DNA from: Synechococcales cyanobacterium CRU_2_2
GTDB lineage: Bacteria > Cyanobacteriota > Cyanobacteriia > PCC-9006 > JAAUQQ01
Assembly (NCBI GenBank): GCA_012034805.1
Contig: JAAUOP010000001.1
Location: 38,843-102,842 of the forward strand
DNA length: 64,000 nt
Reading direction: 5' to 3'
The number at the start of each line of letters is the position of its first letter. Position 1 is the stretch's first letter. The notes below the pieces were generated by a model. That model did no database searches and was not told where the DNA came from. It worked only from the letters and a program-made list of their open reading frames with translations. This document shows, piece by piece, positions 10,695-21,511 of the stretch. A program made the position numbers and the translations under genes.

Positions 10695-11556
10695 CGAGAC
10701 TCTCCTCTCTTAAGACAAGGAATGAGGCTTCCTCCGCCCCAGACAGCTTCCCCAGAACAGGTCTGGAAGCAATCATCCTCTCGCGAACCGCTGCTCTGGC
10801 GAACCGCAGCTGCCTTCAAATCGCAAAGATGCCTTAGCCAAGAAGGCTTAGAACACAGATGCTTTGAGGAAGAGCCGCCGATTTGCCCTTGCAAGGGTGG
10901 GCTTTAGCCTGGAATTGGGGGGATTGGGTCTCAACACGCGCTGAGATCTCCTCAAGTCCAGACCGGGGGGAGTTCTTCCGTGCATTATAGGTGCCGCTCT
11001 GGAAGCGATTCCGAGCCGATTAACAATAATTCAAACTCAAATTCAAACTCAGTTTTGCTCAACCTTTTCGGCATTTGCACGCTCCCTTGTGAATGCCCAA
11101 AGTCAAGCTGTTTTATGATCGCCGTTACAAACTGAAATGACTTGATCTCATCGCTCAAATCATCTCGCCCGTAAGGTTGTTTAGCCCCGAAAACCTTTGT
11201 GGAACAGTATTTTTGCGCCTAGCGCTTGAGTAATATTTTTTAATAATTTCAGAAAGTCTAATGTCACGGATTGAATATCTCTATCGAAATGTCATTGAAA
11301 TGGCAATTTAACTGAGCCGAATTCGATGAGTCACTCCCGCGCAGCTTGAGCAGACACTTCTGCCTTTTTTTATTTTTGTAAGCTTTTGTCAATAAATACT
11401 TCTGTGTTGTGCGACTTGCTTCAATATGCTGTGGCAAGGGTAATCAAGCCGAGGGCAAGACACAAGAAATTATGAAGTACCTATAGATGAAGCTCCTTAT
11501 CACCTCTAAGCTTGTTAGGAATCCTGATTATTGGCCCATTGTGTGAGGTTCTAGAG

Positions 11557-14500
11557 ATGCCGAGCTTCAGCCCCAGAAGTCGAGCCCAAGATCGAGGTAG
11601 AGGTCGCAGTGAATTCCCTGCCAATTCCTCTGGCAGTTCCTCTGGCAGTTCCTCTGGTCGTCTTTGGCCTGCGCTGCACTCTGCAGTAATTCGGCAGCTC
11701 CTGAGCTGGAGCTTGATTGGCGTTTTAGCCCTGGGTACAGTCGGGTGTGGTGCGTCCCCTTCTGGTTTGCTTTCGGCTACGCCCGACGCTCCAGTGCTCC
11801 AGCCCGAGAGTCGGCGCAGCCGAGTTGCGGAGGTGTCGCCACCCTCGGTGATTGCGGAATTGCGGCGATCGCTGGAAAACAACCAACCCCAGCTGAGCCT
11901 CCTGAGCCCCAAAGCCGATGCGCTACTCGATGACAATCGAGTGGAGGTGCGCTTTAAGATTTCAGACTTGCCAGTATTCAAAGACCAGCGCCTAGGGCTG
12001 GGGCCTCACCTCAATGTTTTTCTAGACGACCAGTTTCAGGGCGAAGTCTATGATCTCAAGCAGCCCTTAGTGTTAGAAAATTTGGAGCCTGGAAGTCATA
12101 CGTTGCGGGCATTTGCGGCTCGTCCTTGGGGCGAGAGTTTCAAGAATGAGGGAGCCTACGTCCAAAGTACCTTCCACGTTTTTACCCAGACGCCCACCCG
12201 TTTGCCCAACCCCGATTTGCCGCTGATTACCTACGATCTTCCCCGAGGCAGCTACGGCGCGGAGCCGATTCTGCTGGACTACTACCTCAGCAATGCACCG
12301 CTGCACGCGGTGGCCCAGGATGATGATGAGGTTTCCGATTGGCGGATTCGTTGCACGATTAATGGTGAGAGTTTTGTGCTCGATCGCTGGCAGCCGGTCT
12401 ATCTCAAGGGATTCAAGAAGGGTAAAAACTGGCTGAAGCTAGAGTTCCTTGACGAAAAGGGCAAGGTTGTCGAGAACGTCTTTAATACTGGTGTGAGTCT
12501 TATTGACTATCAGCCCGATGGCCAAGCGCCGCTCGACAGGCTGTTCCGCAATCAGATCTCAGTGAAGAACGCGCTGGGAGTCGTTGATGCCAACTATGTG
12601 CCGCCAATTTATGTGGAACCAGAGCCTGCGGCGATCGAAAGCAACCCCGTCAAGCCTGAGCCCGTTAAACCTGAACCCGTCAAACCTGAGCCCGTCAAAC
12701 CTGAGCCAGCCACGGCCAATCCCTGGGTCGCTGAGCCCTCGGATGTAAGAGCTCCTGAGATCCAAAACCCAGAAACCCAGAAACCAGAAACCCAGCCATT
12801 GGCAAAGCCGGGGGTTGTCTTGCCTCCCGTTGTCCCTGTGCCATTGCCAGCACCTGTGAGAGAAGCCCCTAGCGTGACGCCGAAGGTGACGCCCATGCTG
12901 GAGACTGAGGTAATGGCCCCGGCATCCAGCGCTGAGCCGCAAGCGATCGACAAGCCCCAGACACCGGAGAAAAAACAGCCCTTTTGGAAACGCTTTGGCA
13001 AATCTGAATCCCCGATCGAAGCACCGCTGGACAAGCAGGCACCAGCGATCGCGCCAGGCCTAACGCCTGGAGCCAAATCACCTGAAGCACCTGCGGTCAA
13101 GTTACCTGAAGCCAAGCTGCCTGAGGCCAAGCTGCCCGCGGTCAAAGCTCCTGAAGTCAAAGCTCCCGAAGTTAAATCTCCTGAAGTCAAGACGCCTGAA
13201 GTTGAGACGCCTGAGGCCAAGGCCAAAGCGCCTGAAGCCAAAACACCTGCGATCAAGCTGCCTGGGGTCAAAGTACCTGAGATCAAGGCTCCTGAGGCTA
13301 GGGTCAAGCTACCTGAAGTCAAGCTACCTGAAGTCAAAGTACCTGAAGTCAAAGTACCTGAAGTCAAAGTACCTGAAGTCAAGGTACCTGAAGTCAAGGT
13401 ACCTGAAGTCAAGGTACCTGAGGTCAAAGCACCTGCAGCCAAGCTGCCTGAAGTCAAAGCTAAAATTCCTGCCGTCCCTAGTAGCCCGTCTAAAGTGACG
13501 CCCAAACCAGACACTGGGGCGATGGCTGATGAACCACCCACTGCTGAATCTTCAGCGGACAAGCCCACGGCATCGGAGAAAAAACAGCCCTTCTGGAAAC
13601 GCTTTGGCAAGTCTGAACCACCCAGCCAGAAGCTTCCCGAGGTCAAGACACCAGCGATCGCACCAGAAGTAATGCCTGAACTCAAAGCACCTGAACTCAA
13701 AGCACCTGAACTCAAAGCACCTGAACTCAAAGCACCAGCCATCGATGATCTCGGGGCCACAACAGCCCCAAGTCAACCTCAGCCCACAGAACCCCAAAAA
13801 CCGTTTTGGCAACGACTCCGCCAACCGGGGCAAAAGCCCATCGTGACGCCGCCTGCTCAATCGTTGGAGATTCCCCAGGACTTGGTTGCCCCAAAAGCTG
13901 CGGTTGTTAAGTCCGAGGCCGCCAAACCCACGGCCGCCAAACCCGAGGCCGTCAAACCCGAGCCAGCAAAAACCGAAACACTCAAGCCCGAAACACTCAA
14001 GCCCGAAACACCAAAGCCTAGAGGGTTTTGGCAGCGCTTCCAGCCATCCGAGACCAAAGCAGACTTAAAACAACCCTCCGTTGCGCCGACCCAAGCCAGC
14101 TCTGAGGCTCCTCCGACCCAGAAGCCTACTCAGAAAGAACCCATTCAGAAAGAAACCATTCAGAAAGAACCCGTCCAGAAAGAGCCGATTGATCAGGAAC
14201 CTGTCCAGAAAGAACCCTTCTGGAAAGCCTTTTCATCCACCGGCGGTACCCCAGTCGGTGGTGTTGCCCGAGCCCGAGCCAGTGCAGGTCAAACCTGAGT
14301 CGCCGCCAATGATGCCAAAGGCGATCGCTCCACTCCAAACGCCTACCCAGTCGCAAACGCCCACCCTGCCCAAGCCGATCGCCCCACCCAAGCCGATCGC
14401 CCCACCCAAAATAGTCGCTACGCCCAAAACAGTCGCTGCGCCCAAACCGGCGATCGCCCCTGTCCCCAAACCCGCAAAGCGACCCGAAAAACCAGCAACA

Positions 14501-14719
14501 CCAGAGCCCTCGACCCAGAAGACAGCAGAGCCCTCTGCTGAACCGGAACCAACCAACATCAATTTCGACAAAGCCTTTGAACGGTTTGAGCGTGAACTGA
14601 ATCCGAGCAAGCCCTTTCCGTCAGAGGATGCCCGCGACTTTTTTAGCGGCGCGGGTGCCATTGAGGGAGCCCAGAAGTCGTCGGAAACGATGAAGGCTAC
14701 GGAGATCTTTGGGTCTTGA
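11557..14719 (+). CDS. Large (about 1,050 aa) secreted/lipoprotein-like protein: conserved N-terminal globular region plus a long PEVK-like low-complexity region with repeated FW[KQ][RA]F motifs; frameshift near 14228-14236
   Basis: Signal/lipobox-like N-terminus (LIGVLALGTVGC); about 350-aa complex region; then tandem PVKPE, PEVKV and PELKA repeats and KQPFWKRFGKSE-type motifs; the 3' 160 aa continue in the ORF 14081..14719. Confidence 0.6.
12650..12710. repeat. In-CDS tandem repeat, 15 bp x4 (encodes PVKPE)
   Basis: cccgtcaaacctgag-type units read directly in the sequence. Confidence 0.7.
13300..13435. repeat. In-CDS tandem repeat, 15 bp x about 8 (encodes PEVKV/KLPEV)
   Basis: cctgaagtcaa(a/g)gta repeated head-to-tail. 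Confidence 0.8.
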
Positions 14720-16673
14720 ATACTGTCTTGCATCCTGTTGCGAATCCTGGGTTTGACCGGTACGAGCCGATGGCTGCGATCGCCACCACGCCCGCAGCCC
14801 TCCAAGCCTTGCAGCCGCTGGCTCCCGTCCTGACGGCGATTTGGGTGCCGCGATCGCTGGCAGACACCCTTACTCTTGTCCATTACCCCAAGGCCCAGGT
14901 CTACGACGGAGCTTTGAGCTGTCATCTCGAAGCACTGTGGCCGAACCATCGTGCCTTCGTCTTTGCCCTGGCCGCCGGGGCCACCACGCGGTTGATCGCT
15001 CCGCTGCTCCAAGACAAAGCCAGCGACCCCGCCGTGGTCGTTTTGGGAGAAAGCGGCGAATTTGTCATCAGCCTCTGCGGGGGGCACCAGGGCGGAGCCG
15101 ACCAGCTCACCCGCCTGATTACCGCCCAAATGGGCGCAACACCGGTCATTACCGGCGCTGCCGCCAGCCAGAATTTACCGGGTATCGATATTCTGGGGGA
15201 GCCCTTTGGCTGGAGTCGAGGCAGCGGCGATTGGACGGGGCTAAGTGCGGCGATCGCCAGTACCCACGTGTCGTCCCCAGGTCACATTCAAGTCATTCAA
15301 GAAGCAGGCTCTACCCTCTGGCAAGACCATTTACCAGCCGGCCATCCCTTCCAATTCAGTATCTCAGCGGATGTCTCGACTGATGCCGTCCCCAGTGCCC
15401 GCCTTTGGATCAGCCCCATCCAAAGAGAATTTTCTTCGCCGTCCAGTTCCCCCCAGCCGTCGGTCTCCCCGCAGCCCATCCCCCAACAACCAGAAGCCCA
15501 ATGGCACCCCCGTGTCCTCTGGATTGGCATTGGCTGCGAGCGGGGAAGCTCCAAAATGCTGATCGAAACGGCGATCGCCCGCACTTGCCAAGCCTACCAG
15601 TTTGCCGAGGGTGCGATCGCAGGCATCGCCACCCTCGACCTCAAGGCCAACGAAGTCGGTTTGCTCGAGCTCTGCCAAGCTCGCCACTGGCCCCTGTGCT
15701 GTTTCGATGCCGATCAATTGCGCGAGCTGGCCGTCCCCACACCGTCAGAACGGGTTGAAGCCGAAGTGGGCACCCCCAGCGTGGCGGAAGCTGCGGCAAT
15801 GCTCGTCAGCCAAGGTGCGCTGGTTGTCTCTAAACAAATTCATCGTCTGGACGGGGAGCCCGGAGCTGTGACCGTGGCGATCGCCCAATCCCCCACCGAA
15901 TACACAGGCCGTCGGGGTCAGCTGGCGCTGGTGGGCATCGGGCCAGGAGCCCTCGATCAAATTACACCCGCCGCAAAGACGGCGATCGCGGCGGCTGATG
16001 CCGTCATCGGCTACGAGCTTTACGTAGACTTGATTCGGCCCCTGCTGCGACCGGGCCAAATTATCGAAGCCCTGCCCATTACCCAGGAGCGGGCGCGGGC
16101 CGAGCGGGCGATCGCCCTCGCCCAGTGGGGTCTCTCCGTTGCGGTCATTTCCTCTGGGGACAGCGGCATTTATGGCATGGCGGGCCTCGTGATGGAAAGC
16201 CTCAGTCAAGCAGGCTGGGATGGCAAAACCCCGAGCGTGGTCGTTTTCCCTGGCATTACGGCGCTCCAGGCCGCTGCCGCCCGCGTGGGTACGCCGCTGA
16301 TGCATGACTTTTGCGCCATCAGTCTCAGCGACTTGCTCACCCCTTGGGAGCTGATCGAAAAACGCCTCAGGGCAGCTGCCGCAGCGGATTTTGTCGTCGC
16401 GCTCTACAATCCCAAGTCCAAGACACGGGTCAGGCAAATTGCGATCGCTCAAACCATTTTTTGCAGCACCGTCAGCCCACGACTCCGGTGGCGCTGGTGC
16501 GTTCCGCCTATCGGAACACTGAAGCAATTACGATTACGACCCTTGGGCAATTGCTGGAGGCCGAAATTGACATGTTGACGACGGTTTTGATAGGCAATGC
16601 CAGCACGCTGAACCATCACGACTGGCTGATTACGCCTCGGGGATATTTGGGCTTTGGGCAAGCCGTGGGGTGA
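14716..16673 (+). CDS. cbiG-cobJ: Cobalamin biosynthesis fusion protein CbiG (cobalt-precorrin-5A hydrolase)/CobJ-CbiH (precorrin-3B C17-methyltransferase); frameshift near 16455-16464
   Basis: CbiG-like N-terminal half; C-terminal LALVGIGPGALDQITPAAKTAIAAADAVIGY...VISSGDSGIYGMAGL is a tetrapyrrole methylase; the last about 70 aa (VALVRSAYRNTEAITITTLGQLLEAEIDMLTTVLIGN...) continue in the ORF 16311..16673. Confidence 0.75.
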
Positions 16674-16736
16674 GGGTCTACGGTGAAGGGTTTGCGGTGA
16701 AGTTCTACGGTGAGATTCTACGGTGAGGGTTTACTC
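16669..16736. repeat. Tandem repeat, 13-14 bp x5, starting at the cobJ stop codon
   Basis: ggtgagggtctac / ggtgaagggtttgc / ggtgaagttctac / ggtgagattctac / ggtgagggtttac. Confidence 0.7.
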
Positions 16737-17132
16737 CGTCATTTGACGCATATGCGTACGTGTTTACTCGGAGGGGAGAGGAAGAGACGATCGCCCTCGT
16801 CATCTCAACTTTATACCGGCACAATTTCTATTTTTTTCAATAAAGTCCCGGACAAAAGGTTGAGCCATCTGGCGCTTTCACCTTACTTTTGTCCTAGTGA
16901 CGTCGCATTCTGCATGAGTCGCATGATGCGAAGGACACCACCGATCATCAGGGGCCACAGAAGATTTCTTCCTCCGGTTGATTTCCTGCGATTTATCGCT
17001 CTGGGCTGATTCGGTTTTGTAGGGGTACTCAGCGGCACTAGCTCCTACTGAGGCCAATGACCCATACCCCTGCATCTTCCAGTAACAGGTTTAATGCCAA
17101 AGGGTGTACCGACCAAGATTGATGCATAACCT

Positions 17133-17165
17133 GGCCCGTCCACGGCGTGGACGGGCCATTTTGGG
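17133..17165 (+). terminator. Strong GC hairpin plus U-tract; orphan rho-independent terminator on the plus strand
   Basis: GGCCCGTCCACG-G-CGTGGACGGGCC followed by ATTTTGGG; no annotated plus-strand gene within 450 bp upstream. Confidence 0.4.
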
Positions 17166-17176
17166 CTGACTTGGTT

Positions 17177-18445
17177 TTAAAACCCCATTTTGCTGGCGAT
17201 CGCCCCCAAATCAGCCGTTAGCCCCTGGTGGAAATTGGCCTGGTTATGGGCGATCGCCGTCGTCGGATCCTTGAGGCCATTGCCGGTGAGGACGCAAACG
17301 ATTTTGGCCCCGGCGGGCACTTGCTCCTTCAGCTTGATTAGCCCCGCCACCGAAGCCGCGCTAGCCGGTTCGCAAAAGATGCCTTCCTTCGCCGCTAGCC
17401 AGCGATAGGCTTCAATAATTTCGGCATCGGTGACGGCACCGAACTGACCTTGGCTTGCGGCTTGAACTCCCCAGGCCTTGTCCCAATTGGCCGGATTGCC
17501 AATGCGAATCGCCGTCGCCAGAGTTTCAGGGTGATGGACAACGCCACCTTGGACAAAGGGTGCAGAGCCTGACGCCTGGAACCCCATCATCTGAGGCAAC
17601 CGGGTACTTTTACCGTCTTGATGGTATTCACAAAACCCCATCCAGTAGGCGCTGATATTGCCCGCGTTGCCCACCGGAATACACAGCCAGTCGGGCGTTT
17701 CGCCGAGGCTGTCAATAATTTCGAAGGCGGCGGTTTTCTGGCCTTGGAGGCGAAAAGGGTTCACCGAGTTGACCAAGGTGACTGGATATTGCTCGGCGAC
17801 CTCCCGCACCAGCCTCAGCGCATCGTCAAAGTTGCCCTGGATCGCTAGCACTTCTGCGCCATACATCAGCGCCTGGGCCAGTTTCCCCTGGGCAACGTAC
17901 CCATCCGGAATCACCACAAATGCGTTTAACCCACCGCGACAGGCATAGGCCGCTGCCGCCGCTGAGGTGTTGCCGGTGCTGGCACAAATGACGGCTTTAG
18001 CCCCGGCTTCCTTAGCCTTGGTGACGGCCATGGTCATGCCCCGGTCCTTGAAGCTACCGGTGGGGTTGAGGCCGTCGTATTTGACATAAACCTGCACATC
18101 CCGGCCAAGGTACTGGGCAATCGTCGGCACCGGAATCAGAGGCGTGTTGCCTTCGTGCAAGGTGACCACCGGCGTGGTGTGGGTCACTGGCAAGTAGGCG
18201 CGATACGCTTCGATCAGACCCGGCCAACCCTTAGCATTGGACAGGGTAGGGTTCGAGCTGCCCGGCTCGGAGCTGCCCGGACTCGAGCGAGCAGGTTCGT
18301 CATGGGCATCATTCGCACTGGGGCGGGCGGCGGGATTGGGAAGCGTTGCAGTCACGGCTGAGATGAGGGGTGCTGAGTGGATTTGAGGCAAAATTGACAG
18401 CGTCGGTCTAGATCCCAGTTTACCCTGTGGCTTGGCCCGTCCCAA
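17177..18445 (-). CDS. thrC: Threonine synthase (PLP-dependent); true start probably downstream of the ORF-track start
   Basis: [14 protein letters not shown]...GNTPLIPV...FKDRGMT PLP-binding motif; the first about 60 codons are low-complexity ([11 protein letters not shown]) and overlap cbiX on the other strand. Confidence 0.8.
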   Translation of the reverse strand: MGRAKPQGKLGSRPTLSILPQIHSAPLISAVTATLPNPAARPSANDAHDEPARSSPGSSEPGSSNPTLSNAKGWPGLIEAYRAYLPVTHTTPVVTLHEGNTPLIPVPTIAQYLGRDVQVYVKYDGLNPTGSFKDRGMTMAVTKAKEAGAKAVICASTGNTSAAAAAYACRGGLNAFVVIPDGYVAQGKLAQALMYGAEVLAIQGNFDDALRLVREVAEQYPVTLVNSVNPFRLQGQKTAAFEIIDSLGETPDWLCIPVGNAGNISAYWMGFCEYHQDGKSTRLPQMMGFQASGSAPFVQGGVVHHPETLATAIRIGNPANWDKAWGVQAASQGQFGAVTDAEIIEAYRWLAAKEGIFCEPASAASVAGLIKLKEQVPAGAKIVCVLTGNGLKDPTTAIAHNQANFHQGLTADLGAIASKMGF

Positions 18446-19269
18446 TTCCAGGAAGCGCAGGAGCGATGTGTGCGATGTTTGAAATACCTTCTGATTGGTC
18501 TTCAGACGTGCCTGATGCGGTGGCCTACCTGCTGGTGACCCATGGCAGCCGAGATCCGCGATCGCACCAAGGAGCGATCGCCTTAAGTCGCCAACTCTCG
18601 CCCTCTCCCATGGGTACCGCCGTGCTCGAACTCGGCCCGGTTCCGCTTCATCAGCAAGTGATTGATTTTGTCCGACAGATTCGGTTGCCCAGCGGTGGAC
18701 GCCTGAGGATTTTGCCGCTTTTTTTGCTGCCAGGCGTCCATGTCATGGAAGATATTCCAGCTGAAGTGGCCTTAGCCAAACAGGGCTTAGGCGAGAGAGT
18801 GCATCTAGAGCTGTTGTCCTACCTCGGCAGCCAGCAGAGCGGCATGGTCAAGCTTTTGCAACAGCCAGGGCCAGGCATCCTCATCGCCCACGGTAGTAAC
18901 CGCCCCGGCGCAACCGCTCCGGTTGAAGCCCTGGCAAAATGGCTGGGATTGCAGACGGCCTACTGGGTGCAGCCGGAGAGTTTGGTAGAGCGAATTGCGG
19001 CGATCGCCCAGGTCTTTGAGGAGAATGCGATCCAAGATACAGGCCCTTCACCAGAACCTAGGGCGATCGCCATTTTGCCTTATTTTTTGTTTGAGGGGGC
19101 GATTACAGATGCGATCGCCGAACGTCTCAAACTTCTAGAGCCACAGTTCCCAGAGCTCCAACTTCGGCTTCGCCCTACCCTCAGTGAAATCCCTGGCTTC
19201 GTCCATCTGGTTCAACAGCACCTGTCAGATTCAACAGCACCTGTCACTGGGAGGACGATCGCTGGGTGA
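18427..19269 (+). CDS. cbiX: Sirohydrochlorin cobaltochelatase CbiX-like protein
   Basis: [13 protein letters not shown] and [16 protein letters not shown] motifs typical of CbiX/SirB chelatases; an internal ATG (about 18466) may be the true start. Confidence 0.6.
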   Translation: MAWPVPIPGSAGAMCAMFEIPSDWSSDVPDAVAYLLVTHGSRDPRSHQGAIALSRQLSPSPMGTAVLELGPVPLHQQVIDFVRQIRLPSGGRLRILPLFLLPGVHVMEDIPAEVALAKQGLGERVHLELLSYLGSQQSGMVKLLQQPGPGILIAHGSNRPGATAPVEALAKWLGLQTAYWVQPESLVERIAAIAQVFEENAIQDTGPSPEPRAIAILPYFLFEGAITDAIAERLKLLEPQFPELQLRLRPTLSEIPGFVHLVQQHLSDSTAPVTGRTIAG

Positions 19270-19717
19270 GCAAATCAATCGTGTCACCTAGGGCAATGCT
19301 GAGGCTTTCGCGGGTGTCTTGGTGGGCCTGACGCTCGGCCTGGAGCTCCTGGCGCAGGCGATCACGCTCCTGGGCGATCGTCACGGCAAACTCCCTTAAG
19401 TCTTCAAGGCTGGTCAGTTGGTTCAAGGCTTCCTGAAGCTGCGCGCTGATCGGGGTATTGGCCTTAGGCTCAGCACCACTACCCTCAGTACCGGCACCCA
19501 GGCCGTCGGCCTGCTCCGCCAGCTCGCGAGAGGCCAAGGTGTCAATCTGCTGTTTGAGCAGCGCGGACTCCCGAACCCGCAGCTGCATTTCGGCATTGAG
19601 GCGATCGCGCCAGGTGGCAGACTCTGAAAAGGCTTCGTCCCGCTCCTGCTGCACTGTGGCCAGTTGGGCTCGCAGGCTTCTAATTTCTTCTAGCCACTGG
19701 GTAACGTCTTGACTCAT
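19244..19717 (-). CDS. Hypothetical coiled-coil protein
   Basis: MSQDVTQWLEEIRSLRAQLATVQQERDEAF... strongly heptad-like and Glu/Gln/Arg/Leu rich; ATG at 19717 preferred over the track's GTG at 19735. Confidence 0.45.
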   Translation of the reverse strand: MSQDVTQWLEEIRSLRAQLATVQQERDEAFSESATWRDRLNAEMQLRVRESALLKQQIDTLASRELAEQADGLGAGTEGSGAEPKANTPISAQLQEALNQLTSLEDLREFAVTIAQERDRLRQELQAERQAHQDTRESLSIALGDTIDLLTQRSSSQ

Positions 19718-19735
19718 GCAGGCTGATCCACTCAC

Positions 19736-19811
19736 AAAATCGGTTCACAAACGAGTCACAAACGAGTCACAAACGAGTCACAAACAAGTCGCAAAATCTA
19801 TTCACAAACGA
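19736..19811. repeat. Tandem repeat, 11 bp x about 6, immediately upstream of the coiled-coil gene start and downstream of the S2P stop
   Basis: gtcacaaacga repeated head-to-tail (cacaaacgagtcacaaacgagtcacaaacgagtcacaaacaagtc...ttcacaaacgactc). Confidence 0.75.
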
Positions 19812-19812
19812 C

Positions 19813-21348
19813 TCAAAAAATGAGGTTAGCCAGAACTGGTGGTACCGGCAGAATAATCAAGAACAAGACGGCTAACGCCGCCAGTCCCAAACCATCCCGG
19901 CCATTATCCAACTCGCTGACATCATTCAGGGCAGGCTCATCCACGGTGGGAATCAAAAACAACATAATTGCCCAGATCAGCAGCTCCTTTTGAACCAATG
20001 ACAGCAGCAGGACCAACAGCCGAGCCACCTGACCAATCATCGCACCAACTTTTTGGCCAAACATCGCGTGAACCAGATGACCGCCGTCCAGCTGGCCAAT
20101 AGGCATCAGATTCAGGGCTGTGACCACCAGGCCAAGATAGCCCGCGATCGCCACCGGATGCAGGGCCAGCGCCCCATTCACCGTGAGCTCGTTGCCCAAC
20201 ACCAGACGCCCCAACAGCATGACAAAAATTGAATACCGAGGATTCAAGGCACTAAAGTTCAGTAGGCCATTGTTGGGATCTAGGGGCACAACCTCGGAAT
20301 GGGCCAAGCCCCAAGCCAGCAGCGGCAGTGTTGCCACCAGCCCCGCCAGGGGGCCAGCAATGCCCACATCAAACAGCGTTTTGCGATCGGGCATCGGCGA
20401 GCGGATTTGAATGAACGCCCCGAAGGTTCCAAGAAACGACGGTGCCGGGATGAAATAGGGCAGTGACGTATTCAGCTTGTAGCGCCGCGCCACTCCAAAA
20501 TGCCCACCCTCGTGAATCCCCAGAATCAGCAGCAGCGGCAGCGCGTAGGGCAACCCCTGACGCAGCAGATCAGGTTGCTGGGCAATGGCCTCAAAGGAGT
20601 CTACAGGGAAGCCCGCCATCCCCATTCCCACCAGCGTCGTGGTCACCAGCGTCAGGAGCAACAGCACCAGGGCCAAACCATAACGGTAGCGGGTTGTTTT
20701 GCGCCGAGTCGCGGGTTGGTGCGTCGTGGTTTGCTGGCGATGGGGGTTAGGCACGAGGGCAAAGAAAGGCTTACCGCTCAGGTCTTCTTGGAGTAGGAGC
20801 AAGAAGCGATCGCCAAACACCCCCCGAACCTTTTCCTCAACAACGGCATAGGCCTGAGCCGGAGCTATCCGCAGCTGTCCTTGGCAAATCACCGCTTGGA
20901 GGCGATATTCGATTTTGTGTAAAAAATAGGTCGAGAGCGAAAAACATCGCCGCAAATCGGCCTCTTCCTCGGCATTCAGCGGCGGCTTGGGGGAGGAAAA
21001 GTCTGGCTTGGGCATGGTGCTGTTGGAATGTTCCTCACTGCGATGTTGCATCGCCGAACTGGAAGCGTCCGATTTTTGAGGTGACGGTCGCCAACGGGCC
21101 AACAAAAACAAGTAGAGCAGCAGACACAGAAAAAACGGCCCCAGGATCAGTGGCAGCGGAATCGGCTGCTCCTTAACGGGATGGAGAAGTTCCCAGAGCG
21201 TCCAAATCATGGCAGGTGCCATCATCACGAGCCAGAGCGCCCCCAGCCGACCGACTGAGAGGAGGGGGATACTCCGCCTCAGGATGATGTACGTCAGCAA
21301 TCCCAGGATTGCGAGCCAGAACAGGATGGCGGGCCAGAACAGTGTCAT
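19813..21348 (-). CDS. Site-2 protease, M50-family membrane metalloprotease
   Basis: HEGGHFGVARRY (HExxH in a TM helix), multiple TM segments, conserved LDGG motif. Confidence 0.8.
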   Translation of the reverse strand: MTLFWPAILFWLAILGLLTYIILRRSIPLLSVGRLGALWLVMMAPAMIWTLWELLHPVKEQPIPLPLILGPFFLCLLLYLFLLARWRPSPQKSDASSSAMQHRSEEHSNSTMPKPDFSSPKPPLNAEEEADLRRCFSLSTYFLHKIEYRLQAVICQGQLRIAPAQAYAVVEEKVRGVFGDRFLLLLQEDLSGKPFFALVPNPHRQQTTTHQPATRRKTTRYRYGLALVLLLLTLVTTTLVGMGMAGFPVDSFEAIAQQPDLLRQGLPYALPLLLILGIHEGGHFGVARRYKLNTSLPYFIPAPSFLGTFGAFIQIRSPMPDRKTLFDVGIAGPLAGLVATLPLLAWGLAHSEVVPLDPNNGLLNFSALNPRYSIFVMLLGRLVLGNELTVNGALALHPVAIAGYLGLVVTALNLMPIGQLDGGHLVHAMFGQKVGAMIGQVARLLVLLLSLVQKELLIWAIMLFLIPTVDEPALNDVSELDNGRDGLGLAALAVLFLIILPVPPVLANLIF

Positions 21349-21511
21349 TCTTGATAGGGTCGAGCTGTAGATAGTTTCGATCGAATCACTAGGTAACCAG
21401 TACCCTTCTCATTCTCCCACTTTCATTCTGGAACGGGGGGAACCCGTTAAGTGCTATGAAGCATACCCTCAGAACCTACCTTCGGAGATCAAGCCCCTGG
21501 AGATAAAGCCC

